A stretch of DNA of 64,000 nt from a virus, in IMG/VR virus record IMGVR_UViG_3300012943_000002, positions 36,718 to 100,717 of that record. One strand, written 5' to 3'. The notes below the pieces were generated by a model that saw only the letters and a list, made by a program, of their open reading frames with translations, was not told where the DNA came from and did not search any database. Positions 1 through 11,900 of this stretch are shown one piece after another. The translations under genes and the position numbers were made by a program. How positions within the stretch are numbered: the first letter of the stretch is position 1; each line of letters opens with the position of its first letter.

Positions 1-2
1 TC

Positions 3-563
3 AATACTAAAAATAATGCCAGAGCTACTCCTCCTAATATTAATAGATTTAGAGGATATGGACATAATGCTTTAGATGATAATACTGCTGCTCAGGATTA
101 TTTAGCTACTAGTGAAGGAAATGAATTAACTGATATTGATACTGGAGCTAATAGTGCTTACTCTAGAAATAATAATAGTGCATCTAGTATCAATACTTCT
201 AGAGCTTTAAATACTATTACTACTATGAATGCAGATAAAGCTAGAGCTAATGTTAGGTCTAACTATGCTAAAAATATGGTAGGAGTGTTAGGTCAAAGGT
301 CTCAATTAGATAATATAGCAGATTATAGACAGATGGCTGGAGATGCTCAAGTAGATGCTGAAAATAAAATGGATGTGGATAACTATTTTAGTAACTTGGA
401 AGCTAATTATTCTAATCTGGCTACAGGAGTACAGGAGATAGGTAGAGACCTTAACATTCATCAAACTGGTAATGATGATGCAGATTTACTAGGATTATTA
501 ACTAAGAATGGTATTAGAATAGGCAGGGGAAGTAATGGTAGATACAAATTAATGAATAACTAA
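3..563 (+). CDS. C-terminal part of a virion-associated protein (5' end outside window)
   Basis: Frame of ORF 225..563 stays open back to nt 3; lies directly upstream of the giant ejected-protein cluster. Confidence 0.6.
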   Translation, partial: NTKNNARATPPNINRFRGYGHNALDDNTAAQDYLATSEGNELTDIDTGANSAYSRNNNSASSINTSRALNTITTMNADKARANVRSNYAKNMVGVLGQRSQLDNIADYRQMAGDAQVDAENKMDVDNYFSNLEANYSNLATGVQEIGRDLNIHQTGNDDADLLGLLTKNGIRIGRGSNGRYKLMNN

Positions 564-564
564 A

Positions 565-2958
565 ATGGGAAGATTTTATAGAACATCTAATTCTACTCCT
601 GTAGACTATATGTACAGAAATGATACTCCTCTCATGGCACAAGTGTTAGGAGCTAATGACCAATATATAGATCAACAATTAGAACAAGGAAATAAAATAG
701 GAGCATTTACTTTTGATTATGCTCCCGGTGATGAAGCCGGGGCTAATGAGCTTATGAATAACTATCATACTCAGGCAAATAATATTACAGATGCTATAAG
801 TAAAGACCCTGCTAATTGGAGAAAACAACAAGGAGCAATTAGAGATTTAACTCAAAAACTACAAACTGACTATACAAGTGGAGCTATAAATAAATATGTA
901 ACTAACTATGGACTTAGGAAAAAAGCTTTTGATACTTTAGATCAACAACAAGAATTATATTATAAAACAGGTGGAGTAGATAAGGATGGCAATCCTATAG
1001 GATTAAGTCCAGAAGAAGTACAGAAAGCTAAAGCTTATATGGACAATAATTTTAATGGTAGCTTTAATAATGGACAATACAATCCTTATAAAACATTATC
1101 TTTATCTAATTCTGTAAATGTTAATAAACTTGTAGGAGATGCTGTAAAAAATATAACCAAAGATAAGAACACTAAAGAATTTACTAATATAGATGGGGCA
1201 TATTTTGATGATGAAAAACACTCTTGGGAAGGTATTCCTCCTGAAAAGATATTAAGTGTAGCTACGAATGCAGTAATGACTGATCCTAGGGTACAAAATT
1301 ATATACGAGATAGGTCTCAAATAGGTTATATAAATAATGCTTATTACCCAAAAGGAACTGTTATAGATGGTAAAGATGTATCTGGTCAATTTAGAACACC
1401 ATATACTGTATCTCCTAATGGAGAATTAACTGATGAAGAAAAAGTTAAAAGAGATACAGAACAGCATAGGATTAATTTATTACAAAGAACTCATCCAAAG
1501 GAAGCAGCTATAGCTCAACAAAATCTAAATAATCAACTTAAAACCATAAGTGGGAGAACTAAATTAGATTGGGATAGTGGAAGTTTTCTAGCCCCATATT
1601 TACAAAATGCTATTACTCAATATGGAGGAACTTCTGTAGAGGACTCTCAGAAATATAGAAACAATAGTTATGCTAACTCCTTAATGGTGCAAGGTAGAGA
1701 AGATGCTAGACAACAGAGAGGATTTGGTCATGATGTAAGTATGGAAGGTATAAAACATCTTAATAGACTAAGTGAAATGCAGGAAAAAGCTGCATTGAAG
1801 AGTAAAGGAGAAAAGAAAGATGGTAAAGGAGTTACAGAAGCTACTATCCTAGCACAGCCTACTAATACTCCTTATGGTTACTTAGGTACTAGTAAAGAAG
1901 ATGTAGAAAGCAATCTACAGAGTAGACTAAAAAATAATAATAGTAGTCTTATTTCTATGTATAAAAGTAAGCATGATGCCATAAATAATGGAGATCAAGA
2001 CCTAGCAAATTATATAAGTAATCAGATACAGGACAAACTGGCAGATCAAATGACTTTAGGACAGAGGATGGACAGAGCTAAAACTGATGCTGTTAAGGAA
2101 GTAGTTCCAGAGAGCGATATGGACTTATATAATAATCAGAGAAAAATACAAGAGGACTTCTATAAATTTAAAACTAACTTAGGAGTACCAGATGCACAGT
2201 TGTATAGAACTAAAGAGGGACAAAAGTATTTAGTAGATAATGCAAAGATTAATAGATATAATAAAGCAGTAGATGATAAATATAAGAATAATCTATTAGA
2301 TGCTACTAAAGAGAAAACTAAAGGAGAATTTTTAGTACAAACTACTGATAATGATGATAAGTTTTTAAGATCAGCTATAAACGCTGATCCAGCTACATTT
2401 AAAATAATTGATCCAAATACAGGACAAGAAACACTTAGCTTTAGAGATGGTAAGTTAACAGGAGATGACAAAGATTTACAGATAACTGGGGCTGGTCCTA
2501 CTTCTAGTAATAGTGGTACTATGAATATATATGCTAAGTACAAAGGTAAAAATATAATTATAACACCTACAGGTAAATCAGCAGATATAGTAAGAAATAA
2601 ATTAGTAGGAGATTGGGCAACTAGTGGAGATAAAGGAGTAAAACAATTAGTAAGTACTTGGAGTAGTCCTTATTTTAGTGTTGTAAATCAAGCTACTAAT
2701 GAAATTATACAGGGAGATGGAGATGATCCTTCTAAATTAAGTAGTACTATATATAAAACTATAGATTTACCTAGCGGTAGTGCTAAAATAGGTATAACTA
2801 AAGTGGGAACTGCTGGATGGAAACTAGAGATAGAAAGTAAGGATGGCTGGAGAACTGTACCCAATATAGATGAGAAAGGTAATATAATAGGTAACTATTT
2901 TGCATCTAAAGCTGATATAGTAGATGTTTTAAACAGAGGTAGTAAAAAACAAAAATAA
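565..2958 (+). CDS. Virion-ejected protein, first gene of the crAss-like RNAP cluster (797 aa)
   Basis: Long ORF directly upstream of the virion RNAP; matches the three-large-gene layout of crAss-like phages. Confidence 0.65.
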   Translation: MGRFYRTSNSTPVDYMYRNDTPLMAQVLGANDQYIDQQLEQGNKIGAFTFDYAPGDEAGANELMNNYHTQANNITDAISKDPANWRKQQGAIRDLTQKLQTDYTSGAINKYVTNYGLRKKAFDTLDQQQELYYKTGGVDKDGNPIGLSPEEVQKAKAYMDNNFNGSFNNGQYNPYKTLSLSNSVNVNKLVGDAVKNITKDKNTKEFTNIDGAYFDDEKHSWEGIPPEKILSVATNAVMTDPRVQNYIRDRSQIGYINNAYYPKGTVIDGKDVSGQFRTPYTVSPNGELTDEEKVKRDTEQHRINLLQRTHPKEAAIAQQNLNNQLKTISGRTKLDWDSGSFLAPYLQNAITQYGGTSVEDSQKYRNNSYANSLMVQGREDARQQRGFGHDVSMEGIKHLNRLSEMQEKAALKSKGEKKDGKGVTEATILAQPTNTPYGYLGTSKEDVESNLQSRLKNNNSSLISMYKSKHDAINNGDQDLANYISNQIQDKLADQMTLGQRMDRAKTDAVKEVVPESDMDLYNNQRKIQEDFYKFKTNLGVPDAQLYRTKEGQKYLVDNAKINRYNKAVDDKYKNNLLDATKEKTKGEFLVQTTDNDDKFLRSAINADPATFKIIDPNTGQETLSFRDGKLTGDDKDLQITGAGPTSSNSGTMNIYAKYKGKNIIITPTGKSADIVRNKLVGDWATSGDKGVKQLVSTWSSPYFSVVNQATNEIIQGDGDDPSKLSSTIYKTIDLPSGSAKIGITKVGTAGWKLEIESKDGWRTVPNIDEKGNIIGNYFASKADIVDVLNRGSKKQK

Positions 2959-2961
2959 GTA

Positions 2962-5900
2962 ATGGGAAAGAGTAAAAGAGAAACTTTACAACCTGTAGAT
3001 TTACTAGGAGATATATTTAATAATGTTAAATCTTCACCAATGTCTTCATTAGAGAAATCAAATAATCCTGATTTTTCTTCTGATTATAATTTTGATCCAT
3101 CTAATAAATATTATGAATATCTGGATAATCCTAGTCCATTTGATACTAATATAGATAAAATATCTTCTGAGAAACAAAGTACTTTAACTAAATTAGGTAG
3201 AGGTACAGAACAGTTTGGAGCTAATGTTCTATCTTCTTTTGGTCAGGGATTAGCTAATACATTTGATTTAGTTTCCAATTTTGATACAGCAAAAAGTTTA
3301 TTAAATGGAGAAGATACAAATTTTGAATCATCTTTTTTGGGTATTACTAATAGAGATATGCAGAATTGGGCTAATGGTGTAGCTGAGAGAAATTAAATAT
3401 TTGAAAAAGACCCAAATTCAGTTAATCTAAGTGATCCTGCATGGTGGTCAAAGCAATGGGCTAGCTTAGGTACTAGTTTAGGTATGGGAGTAGAAGCTCT
3501 AGCAGAAACAGCAGCTATAGAATATGCTACTGGAGGTATGGGAACAGCAGCAGCTATTACTAGATTAGGTAAAGTAATTAAAAGTATAGGCACAGGAGCA
3601 GAAGGAGCAGCTAAACTTAATGAAGCTTTTGAAGCAGCTAAAGGATTAAAAAGCGCAGCTACTATATTTGGTGTAATGAATAGACTTAATGAGTCTAAAA
3701 TGGAAGGAATGCAGAATTATGACCAAATATACCAATCATTAAGTGATCCTAATCAAACTGGAGGTAAAGTATTTACAGAAGAAGAAAAGAAACATTTAGC
3801 CAGTGAAGGAGCTAAGTTAGATTATAAATGGAATCTAGCTCTGTTACCACTTGATATATTGTCCTATAGAACTATGGTGTTTAATCCTATAAGTGGTTCT
3901 GCTACTAATTGGGTAGAAAGAGGATTAGAGGGTATAGCAGGAGTATTTGGTAAAAGTAAATTAGGTAGAGCTGCTGGATGGACAGTAGATAAACTAATAG
4001 GAGCTAATATAGAAGGATTAGAAGAAGGTGTACAACAAGTAGCTCAAGATGAAGGACAGCATTATGCTAATGTACTAGGAGGAATGGATGATGGTAATAA
4101 TTTCATGCAGAGACTAGGTAAATCAACTAAGTCAGATGATTTTTGGAATAGTTATATAGGAGGTGTACTTGCTGCTCCAGTATTAGGAGTTGGTATGAAC
4201 ATGATTAATAGAATTACTACTGGTAATAGAGTAGGGAAGATGAATGCTATTAATAAGAATTATGTGAAGGAAGCAGGTATGATGAATGCAGGTATGCAAG
4301 ACAAAATATCTGAGTTAGATAAAGCTGGAAAAGTACAAGAAGCAGCACAGTCAAGAAGAGTATACAATGCTTTAGATACCCTTTCTAGAATACATTCAGA
4401 TGAAGAATTAGACAAAAATACAGCTTATACTAGTAGATTGAATTTTCTAGAAGCTACTCTAGGAGAACTTAATGAGGGTAAGACTACTTCTTTACAAGAT
4501 ACAGGATTTTTTAATATTACTAAAGAAGATAATCCAGATACAGTAGAGATTAACAAGGAGTCCTTTAAAAATTATATTGATGATACTAAACTAATGAAGT
4601 CAATATATGATAATGTAAAAGGAAAATATAATAAAAATTTCGTTCCTGCTATAACTTATGACCATTTCATGCTTAATAGAATGCAAAATGAGTTAGCAGA
4701 TTCTAATGTAGAAGTATTAGCCAATAAAAATAAACTAGCAGAATACAATCAATTATCTCCAAGTGGTAAACAAATACATGATATTGATTATGAATTACAA
4801 GCTTCTAAATTAGAACAAGATAGATTAAGTAGATTATATAAAGCAACTGTTGATGATAGAGAAAAAGAAAATATAAGCAAACTAATTGATAATAATGAAA
4901 ATAAAAGGTCTGAATTATCTACTAGATTAGCAGAGGTACAAGCAGATGAGAATTATAATGCAAAAGATAAAGAAACAGATAATGATATACTAAGAGCTAG
5001 AATAGGTGGTAATACTGATTCTGAACTTAATACAGAGTATCTTCAATCTTTATACAATAAAGAGAATCTAGAAAATTCCATAGCCTTAAAGAGAAAAAAT
5101 ATTGGTCTGTGGAGTAATCCTGAATATATAAAGGATAAGACTAAACAGGCTATAAAACATGCTAAAACTGTAGATCAAGTAAAAAATAATGTTGAAGCTC
5201 CTATTAAGAATAAAAAAGGTAAAGTAGCAAAACCTACTGCTGATATAGTAGAAGCAGCTAAACAAAAGGAAGTAGAGATAAGTGCTAGTGCAGATAGAAG
5301 TAATGAAGTAGCACAGAAATTAGGAGATGCCAGAGTAGATGATGAAGAAAGTAATTTTCTTGCAGATACTATAATACAAAATGCTAATAATAATGTAATA
5401 GATGGTAACTCTAGTTTAGGAGATGATGATACTGATTACCAAACTCCTATACAGACTGATAGTGCTTCTATACCTGATGTATTTGGAGAAAAAGTATTTC
5501 AATTAGCTCCTGTAGTTTACGATTTTAATAGTTCTAGTCAGGAAGCTAAAGATAAAATAAAAGCTGGTGTAGCTGGATTATTAAATAAACTAGGAGGTAA
5601 AAATTCATTTGAAGACCTAGTAAGAGAGTTTGCTAAACTAAAAGGTCTAGAAAATACAGAGAATATATATGAGGCATTGAAATATGGATATAGAGGGAAT
5701 GGTAAAAGTTTATCAGATGAAGAAGCCAATCTTATACAAGATAAGATATTTGGTAATGTATATGCCGATGATATAATGACTGCTGCTAGTGATTTAATAG
5801 TAAACGATCCTAATAAATTGACTACAGCTACTAATGGAGTAACTGATGATATAGTAGAGAAACAAGGACAACCAGAAGGATTTGATAATAATAATCAACC

Positions 5901-8900
5901 AATATATGAATATAATAGTAGAGTATTAGATGAAACTGCTCCTACTGGTGCTTATGTAAGTAGACCTAGCCAAAGAACTTATACAGATCAAGAGGATGGT
6001 ACTAGAAAAATAAATTTTGAGTACACTGGGCAAATGGGAGAAGGTAATAACGAGTGGATTAATAGTGATATTATCCTAGACCCTGACTCAACTAATAAAG
6101 GTACTAGAACAGATATTAAGATTCCTATAGGAGTTGATAGAATACCTGTATCTATATTTAATGGAATTGGAGAGTATGTAAAATCTATGCCATTTGGACA
6201 ATGGGTAGCAGAAAAAGTTGCTGAACATGGGCAAGATTTTGTAAATTCTCAGGAGTATAAAGATAAAATACCAATGATCCATTATCCTAGAGATTTTAGT
6301 AATGGAGGTAAAGGTATTATGTTTGTACATGATGTACAATGGATTTCTCCTAATAATTTTCTTCAAAGTAAGCCTGATGGTATGAAACAGGCTATAGCTA
6401 ATCTTAGAGCTATAAGAGAAGAAGTTATAAGTAGTTCTACACATTCCACTCCTAGTATTATTACTGGTAAGAGACAAACTACTTTTGAAGGTTTAATAGA
6501 CAGAAATAAAGATAATCCACCTATTACATTAAGAGAAGCTAATCCTCAAACTCAATTAATGGTAGCCATGACTAATGGCTCTACTCTTAATAGTAGCAGA
6601 AATACTATAGAATTTCCTAATGACAGTACAGCCTTAGTAAATGATCCTAATAAGCCTTTTACTAAAGGACAAATATTGGATGTGAGAAGGTATGGATTAA
6701 AAGATGGAGTAAAAACATTCATAGCTTCACCAATATTTAAAGGTAAGATAGATAAAACTACTCAACAGAATATATTTAATGCTATATACATATATATAGA
6801 TAGTAAAAATCCTAGTTATAAAACTATTATAGATAATATAAAAAGTGGTATGGGACTAGATATTACCACTAGAGACGGACTAAGAACTTACTTATCTCAT
6901 TTTATAAGAGTACAGACTTTTAGTGGAGCTAATTCAAATGCTGATGTAGATAGGATGGCTAAAAGTTCTTTAGCTCACAGTACTCCATTTATTACCTTTA
7001 TAGGAGGAAATAATATAGTATTTGGACAAGCTGGTGTAGCTATGTATATAGATCAGAAAATAAGAGAAAAATCTTTTAGACAGTATATTAGTGAAGGTAT
7101 AAATGTGGAGAAAGCTGGTCAACTAGCTGATGAGGATGCTAAGGTATATTCTAAATTTATAAATAGAGCTTCCGAAGCTACTGCTAAGAAAACAGTTTTA
7201 GATTTAATTAAACCTATCACAGTATCAGAAAAAATAGATAATAAGATAGTTAATACTACATACCCTAATAGATTAGCTTGGTTTGAAAATAATCTAGATA
7301 TAGATAGCTATCCTACTAATTTAGCTGAACCTAAACCCATAATAAATATTGTTAGAGACCCCAAAACAGGAGTTCCTAGTACAGAGGTAGCTGCTAAAAG
7401 TTATCGTGATTACTTATTAGATAAATTTACCACTAATTTAAAGAGTTATAATATTGGTACAGAGGAAAAGCCTAACTATGTTACTAATATGCAGCCAGTT
7501 ATAACCTTTGACACTGAGAAAAGGCTTAATGCACAAATAAATGGGCAGATAAAAGAAGAAACTAAAATTGAAAAAACTGAACCTGTAAAAGTAAATCAGC
7601 CAGTTAATCCTATAGAAATAAATGTAATAGGATTAAGTGATGAAGCTAAAGCTAAAATAGATGAGATTAAGAAAAGACTAGGCACAGATTTAGGTAGGAG
7701 TACTATCTATACTTTATCTCCTACTGTATTAGATGATGCTCAGAAGAATGATTTATCTAAGGAGCTAGATAATATAGCTGGATTAGACCCTATAGAACAA
7801 AATACTATAGTGACTGATATTTATACTAGTATAATTAGTAAAGTAAATTTTGATAGTGGTAAAGTAAATAAAGCAGATTTACAAGCAGAAATTAAAAGGT
7901 CTTTTACTGATAATATACTATCAGTTAAAAAAGGAGACCAGGAAGCCATAGATTATTTAAATAGTATAGCAAATACTATGACTACCGAGGAACTACAGAA
8001 TAATGGTATACAAGGACTTATTAATGATGCAAAACTTAGAATAGAAAAGGTAGATTCTATAAATAGTAACTATAAGACCTTAGAGAATATGGCATTTACT
8101 TTTGTAGATAAGTATACAGGAATAAAGCAGAGTAGAGAAAAGCTGGAAGTAAATGAAAGTGAAGATAATTACTATGAGTATGCTGATAAGGATACTGAAA
8201 ATCCTACTGATTTCTATACTGATGTACTTGCAGAATCCCCAAACAATAAGGTAACTTATGCAATGAGAAGATTTTTTGGTGATATAAGAAAATATGATAA
8301 GGAAGATAATTTAGCTGTAGGTTTTTTAGGTCGTCCTCTGTATACTCCTTCTGCTCAGATAGTTACTAGCTTACAAAATAGTTTAGTAGATACTCCTTCT
8401 GACTTTAAAACAATGTTAGATAAGTTAAGGACACTTACTGATAAGTACAATTGGATGCAAGCTGTTATTAATAAATTGGAAGATACTAGTTTAAGTGAAC
8501 AGAAAAAAAATCAGTTTGTTTCTGCTATGTCTTTTACTAGGCTTAGAATGATACATACTACACTAGCTTTTGATAGAAAGACTAGTTCTTGGAATGTAAG
8601 AGTAGAAAATACTAATACTAATGGAATAGCTGATAAAGTACAGGAAAACTGGAAAAATAATCTTACTAGTAACTCTAATTATAATCTCTTTATAAGAGAT
8701 AGTAATGGTAATGATATTCTAAATGTAGATAAGGCTAATAGTTTAATAGCTACTTATGAGGACTGGATTGGTCTTAATATCCCTGTTGTTCAAACAGATT
8801 TAAGTGGAATAAGGGAAGCTGTTAAAGCTGTTACTCTTGCTACTTCTATTACCCTTACACCTATTGGAAGCTTATTGAATGAATTAAAGAGTAATATAAT

Positions 8901-11900
8901 TAAGAAATCTGACAGAATGCAGTTCTCTATGTTTAATAGAGACTTTCAGATTACATCTCTAGGTAACGGTAAATATAAAATTAGTAGTCTAGATAGACAA
9001 ATACTACCTACTAATAGTCAAATAGAGAAATGGCTAAATGCATTTGGTATAACTCTTACACCTAAAACACTGGAAGTACTACAAAGAGATGGTTTAATAC
9101 ATAATAAACAGAGAGTAAAGCCTAAGCAACTAATGGAAGTAGGTAATACTAATGGTTTATATGGTATCCTATATAACTCACTTAAAAACCTAGTTAATAC
9201 TAATGGGCTAATTGACTTTACAGTATATGGTGGTAACCCTCTAGATAATAGTGTTATAGAATCTCTAGCTAATTTAGAAGCTAGGTATAATACAGAAGAA
9301 GTATCTAGTGGATTCAGAGCTAATAATAAAACATATTGGGGGTTAACTGCACCTAAATTTGCTACTGATAGGGCATTAGATTTGGTAGATATAAATAGTC
9401 CTATAAGAGAACAATTAGGTAAAGTATCCTTCTCAAAGGATTCATTATGGCTATTTTTATTAGATGATAATAAGTTTAAAGAACAGTTTGGAGTAAAGAC
9501 AGATGGAGCAGAAACTCTAAGGGAAGAAGGTAAGAAGTCTTATAGAAATAGGGCTAGTATAATGGATCTTTCTCCAATGGATCATGAATTGGCTAAGTGG
9601 GAAAAGTTTGCATTTATGAATGATAAGGTTATCAGATATGGTAAAGCTGATAACAGTAACTATCCCGGTACTACTATACCTCTTAGAATGTCTACAATGG
9701 CTGGATTAACTTCTTCTGATAAATCTATAATGCTAGACTTTGAAACTGCTGTATTGAATCTAAATACTACGGATTTACAAGATGGTATGTCAGATCAATT
9801 AATTAAAACTATATATGAGCAAACTGTAAAACCTGAACTAGAAAGAATGTCTAAGTTTGCTTTGAGAATGAAAGAAAAAGAAGTTAATAATATTACAGAT
9901 TATGAGAAGGGAGCTAAGATGTTCTTTATTATACCTGAGATGAATAATGTTATGGCTAAAGGAGGTCTTAAACTTACAGATGCTATAATGTCAAATCCTT
10001 ATTATTATAATACACAACTAGTAGAAAGTAGTGAAATTAAAGATGCTGTATATGATACTATAAGGAAATCTATAGATGGATTAGTAAGTAAGAAATTACA
10101 AGTATGGAATGAAATAGGTATAAAAGAAGTGCAGGATAGACAAGGAAATAAATATATAGACTTTATGGATAAGAAGTATGCCAATAAATTTGGAGATGCT
10201 TCTAATGCAGATAAATTAAAATATGCTGCTATGGATTATGAGATAAACTCTCTCATAGCCAATGCAAATAATATGATGCTATTTGCAGGTGATCCAGCTC
10301 TATATTTTAAATCAAAGTCAATAGATTCTATACAAAAAATAAAAGATAGTTTTAATAACGTAACTAAAAGACTAGCTAATCAAGTAGCTCCTGCACATAA
10401 ACTTGCAAACTCTAAAGGAGATAGGTATAAACAATTATTTATAAAAGATAAAGTATCTTCTGCCAGTAACATAGACTACTTAGAGAAACTATATGGTAAA
10501 GATAAAGTAGATGCATTTAGAGAAATTAAAAGTGCAGATGCTCAGGAATATACTACATGGAAAGAACACCTAGATAACATTACTAGACTTGGTAAAACTG
10601 CTGATTTTCTAATGGATATAACTCCAGAAGATATAGACATAGCCAGAAAATTAATATCTTCTGGTAAAGATTTTTCTGATAGGGAAATGGAGATAGTAAG
10701 AAAAGTAATGCAGCCATTAAAGCCCAGATATACAGGACAAATATATGATCCTGAACAAGATGTAATGAGAACTGTATATATTAAATCTTCTAGTTTTCCT
10801 CTAATACCACAGCTTACTAAAGGTTTTGAAATAGATAAGTTAAGGAAGAAAATGGAACAAATTGAGAAGAAAGGTCTTAATGTAAGAGCTTCTTATCAAA
10901 CTGCTAATAAAGTAGGTAGTATGAATAATGCTGCTGATATATGGAATAAAGATGGTACTATTAATCAAGAAGCTTTAGATAAAATAGAAGATAGTTCTTT
11001 AGTTCTAGATAGAGAAGGCTATGGTATTCAGCAAGATGTTCCTTATAAATCTTATAAGAATAAAGTAGATACTGTTACTTTAGGTACTCAGTTAATGAAA
11101 ATACTATTTGGTGATGGAGTAATGGATATAGACGGATTTAATCTAGATGGTAAAGAGTATACTGGAAAAGAGTTATATGAGCAATATACCAATGCTTTCA
11201 TGGATTTAATTGATCTAAAACAAGGAGAAATATTTGATGAACTAGGATTAAAAGAGAATGGCGTTCCTATTGATGAAGCAGAGACTACTAATAAATTACA
11301 GAATTTATTAAATAATGAAGCTTTAAAAAGGAATTATCCACTACAAGATATTAAAGCTTTAAAATTAGATACTAAGACTGGAACATTTACTTTACCTCTT
11401 TGGGCTAGTGCAAATAGTAATAGATTTGAAGCTATGCTTAATTCTATTATTGGTAATAGAATGGTGGCTATGAAATTACCGGGAACTAGTCTAGTTACAG
11501 GTTCAGAAGAAGGATTTATACAAAGGAAAGGATTAGGAGATTTAACTCAAAAAGAAAAATCAAATATTGTATTTACCTCTGCATGGGATGGACAGAGATT
11601 GAAAGCTACTAATACTATAGATGGTAAATTACAAATGGCTCAGGTATTTTTACCTTCAAAGTTTAGAGATAATAATGGAGAACTGATAGATTTGTTAGAT
11701 AGTAAATATACTAACAATGATAATGGGCATCTTACTCTTAAAGAAGAGATGTTTGATAAGGAATTATTATCTAGTTTATCCTTTAGAATACCAACTTCAG
11801 GACATCAATCAGGTACTAGAATAGAAATAGCTGGTTTTCTACCACATACTATGGGAGATTTAATTATAGTACCTAATACATTTGTTACTCAAAAAGGACT

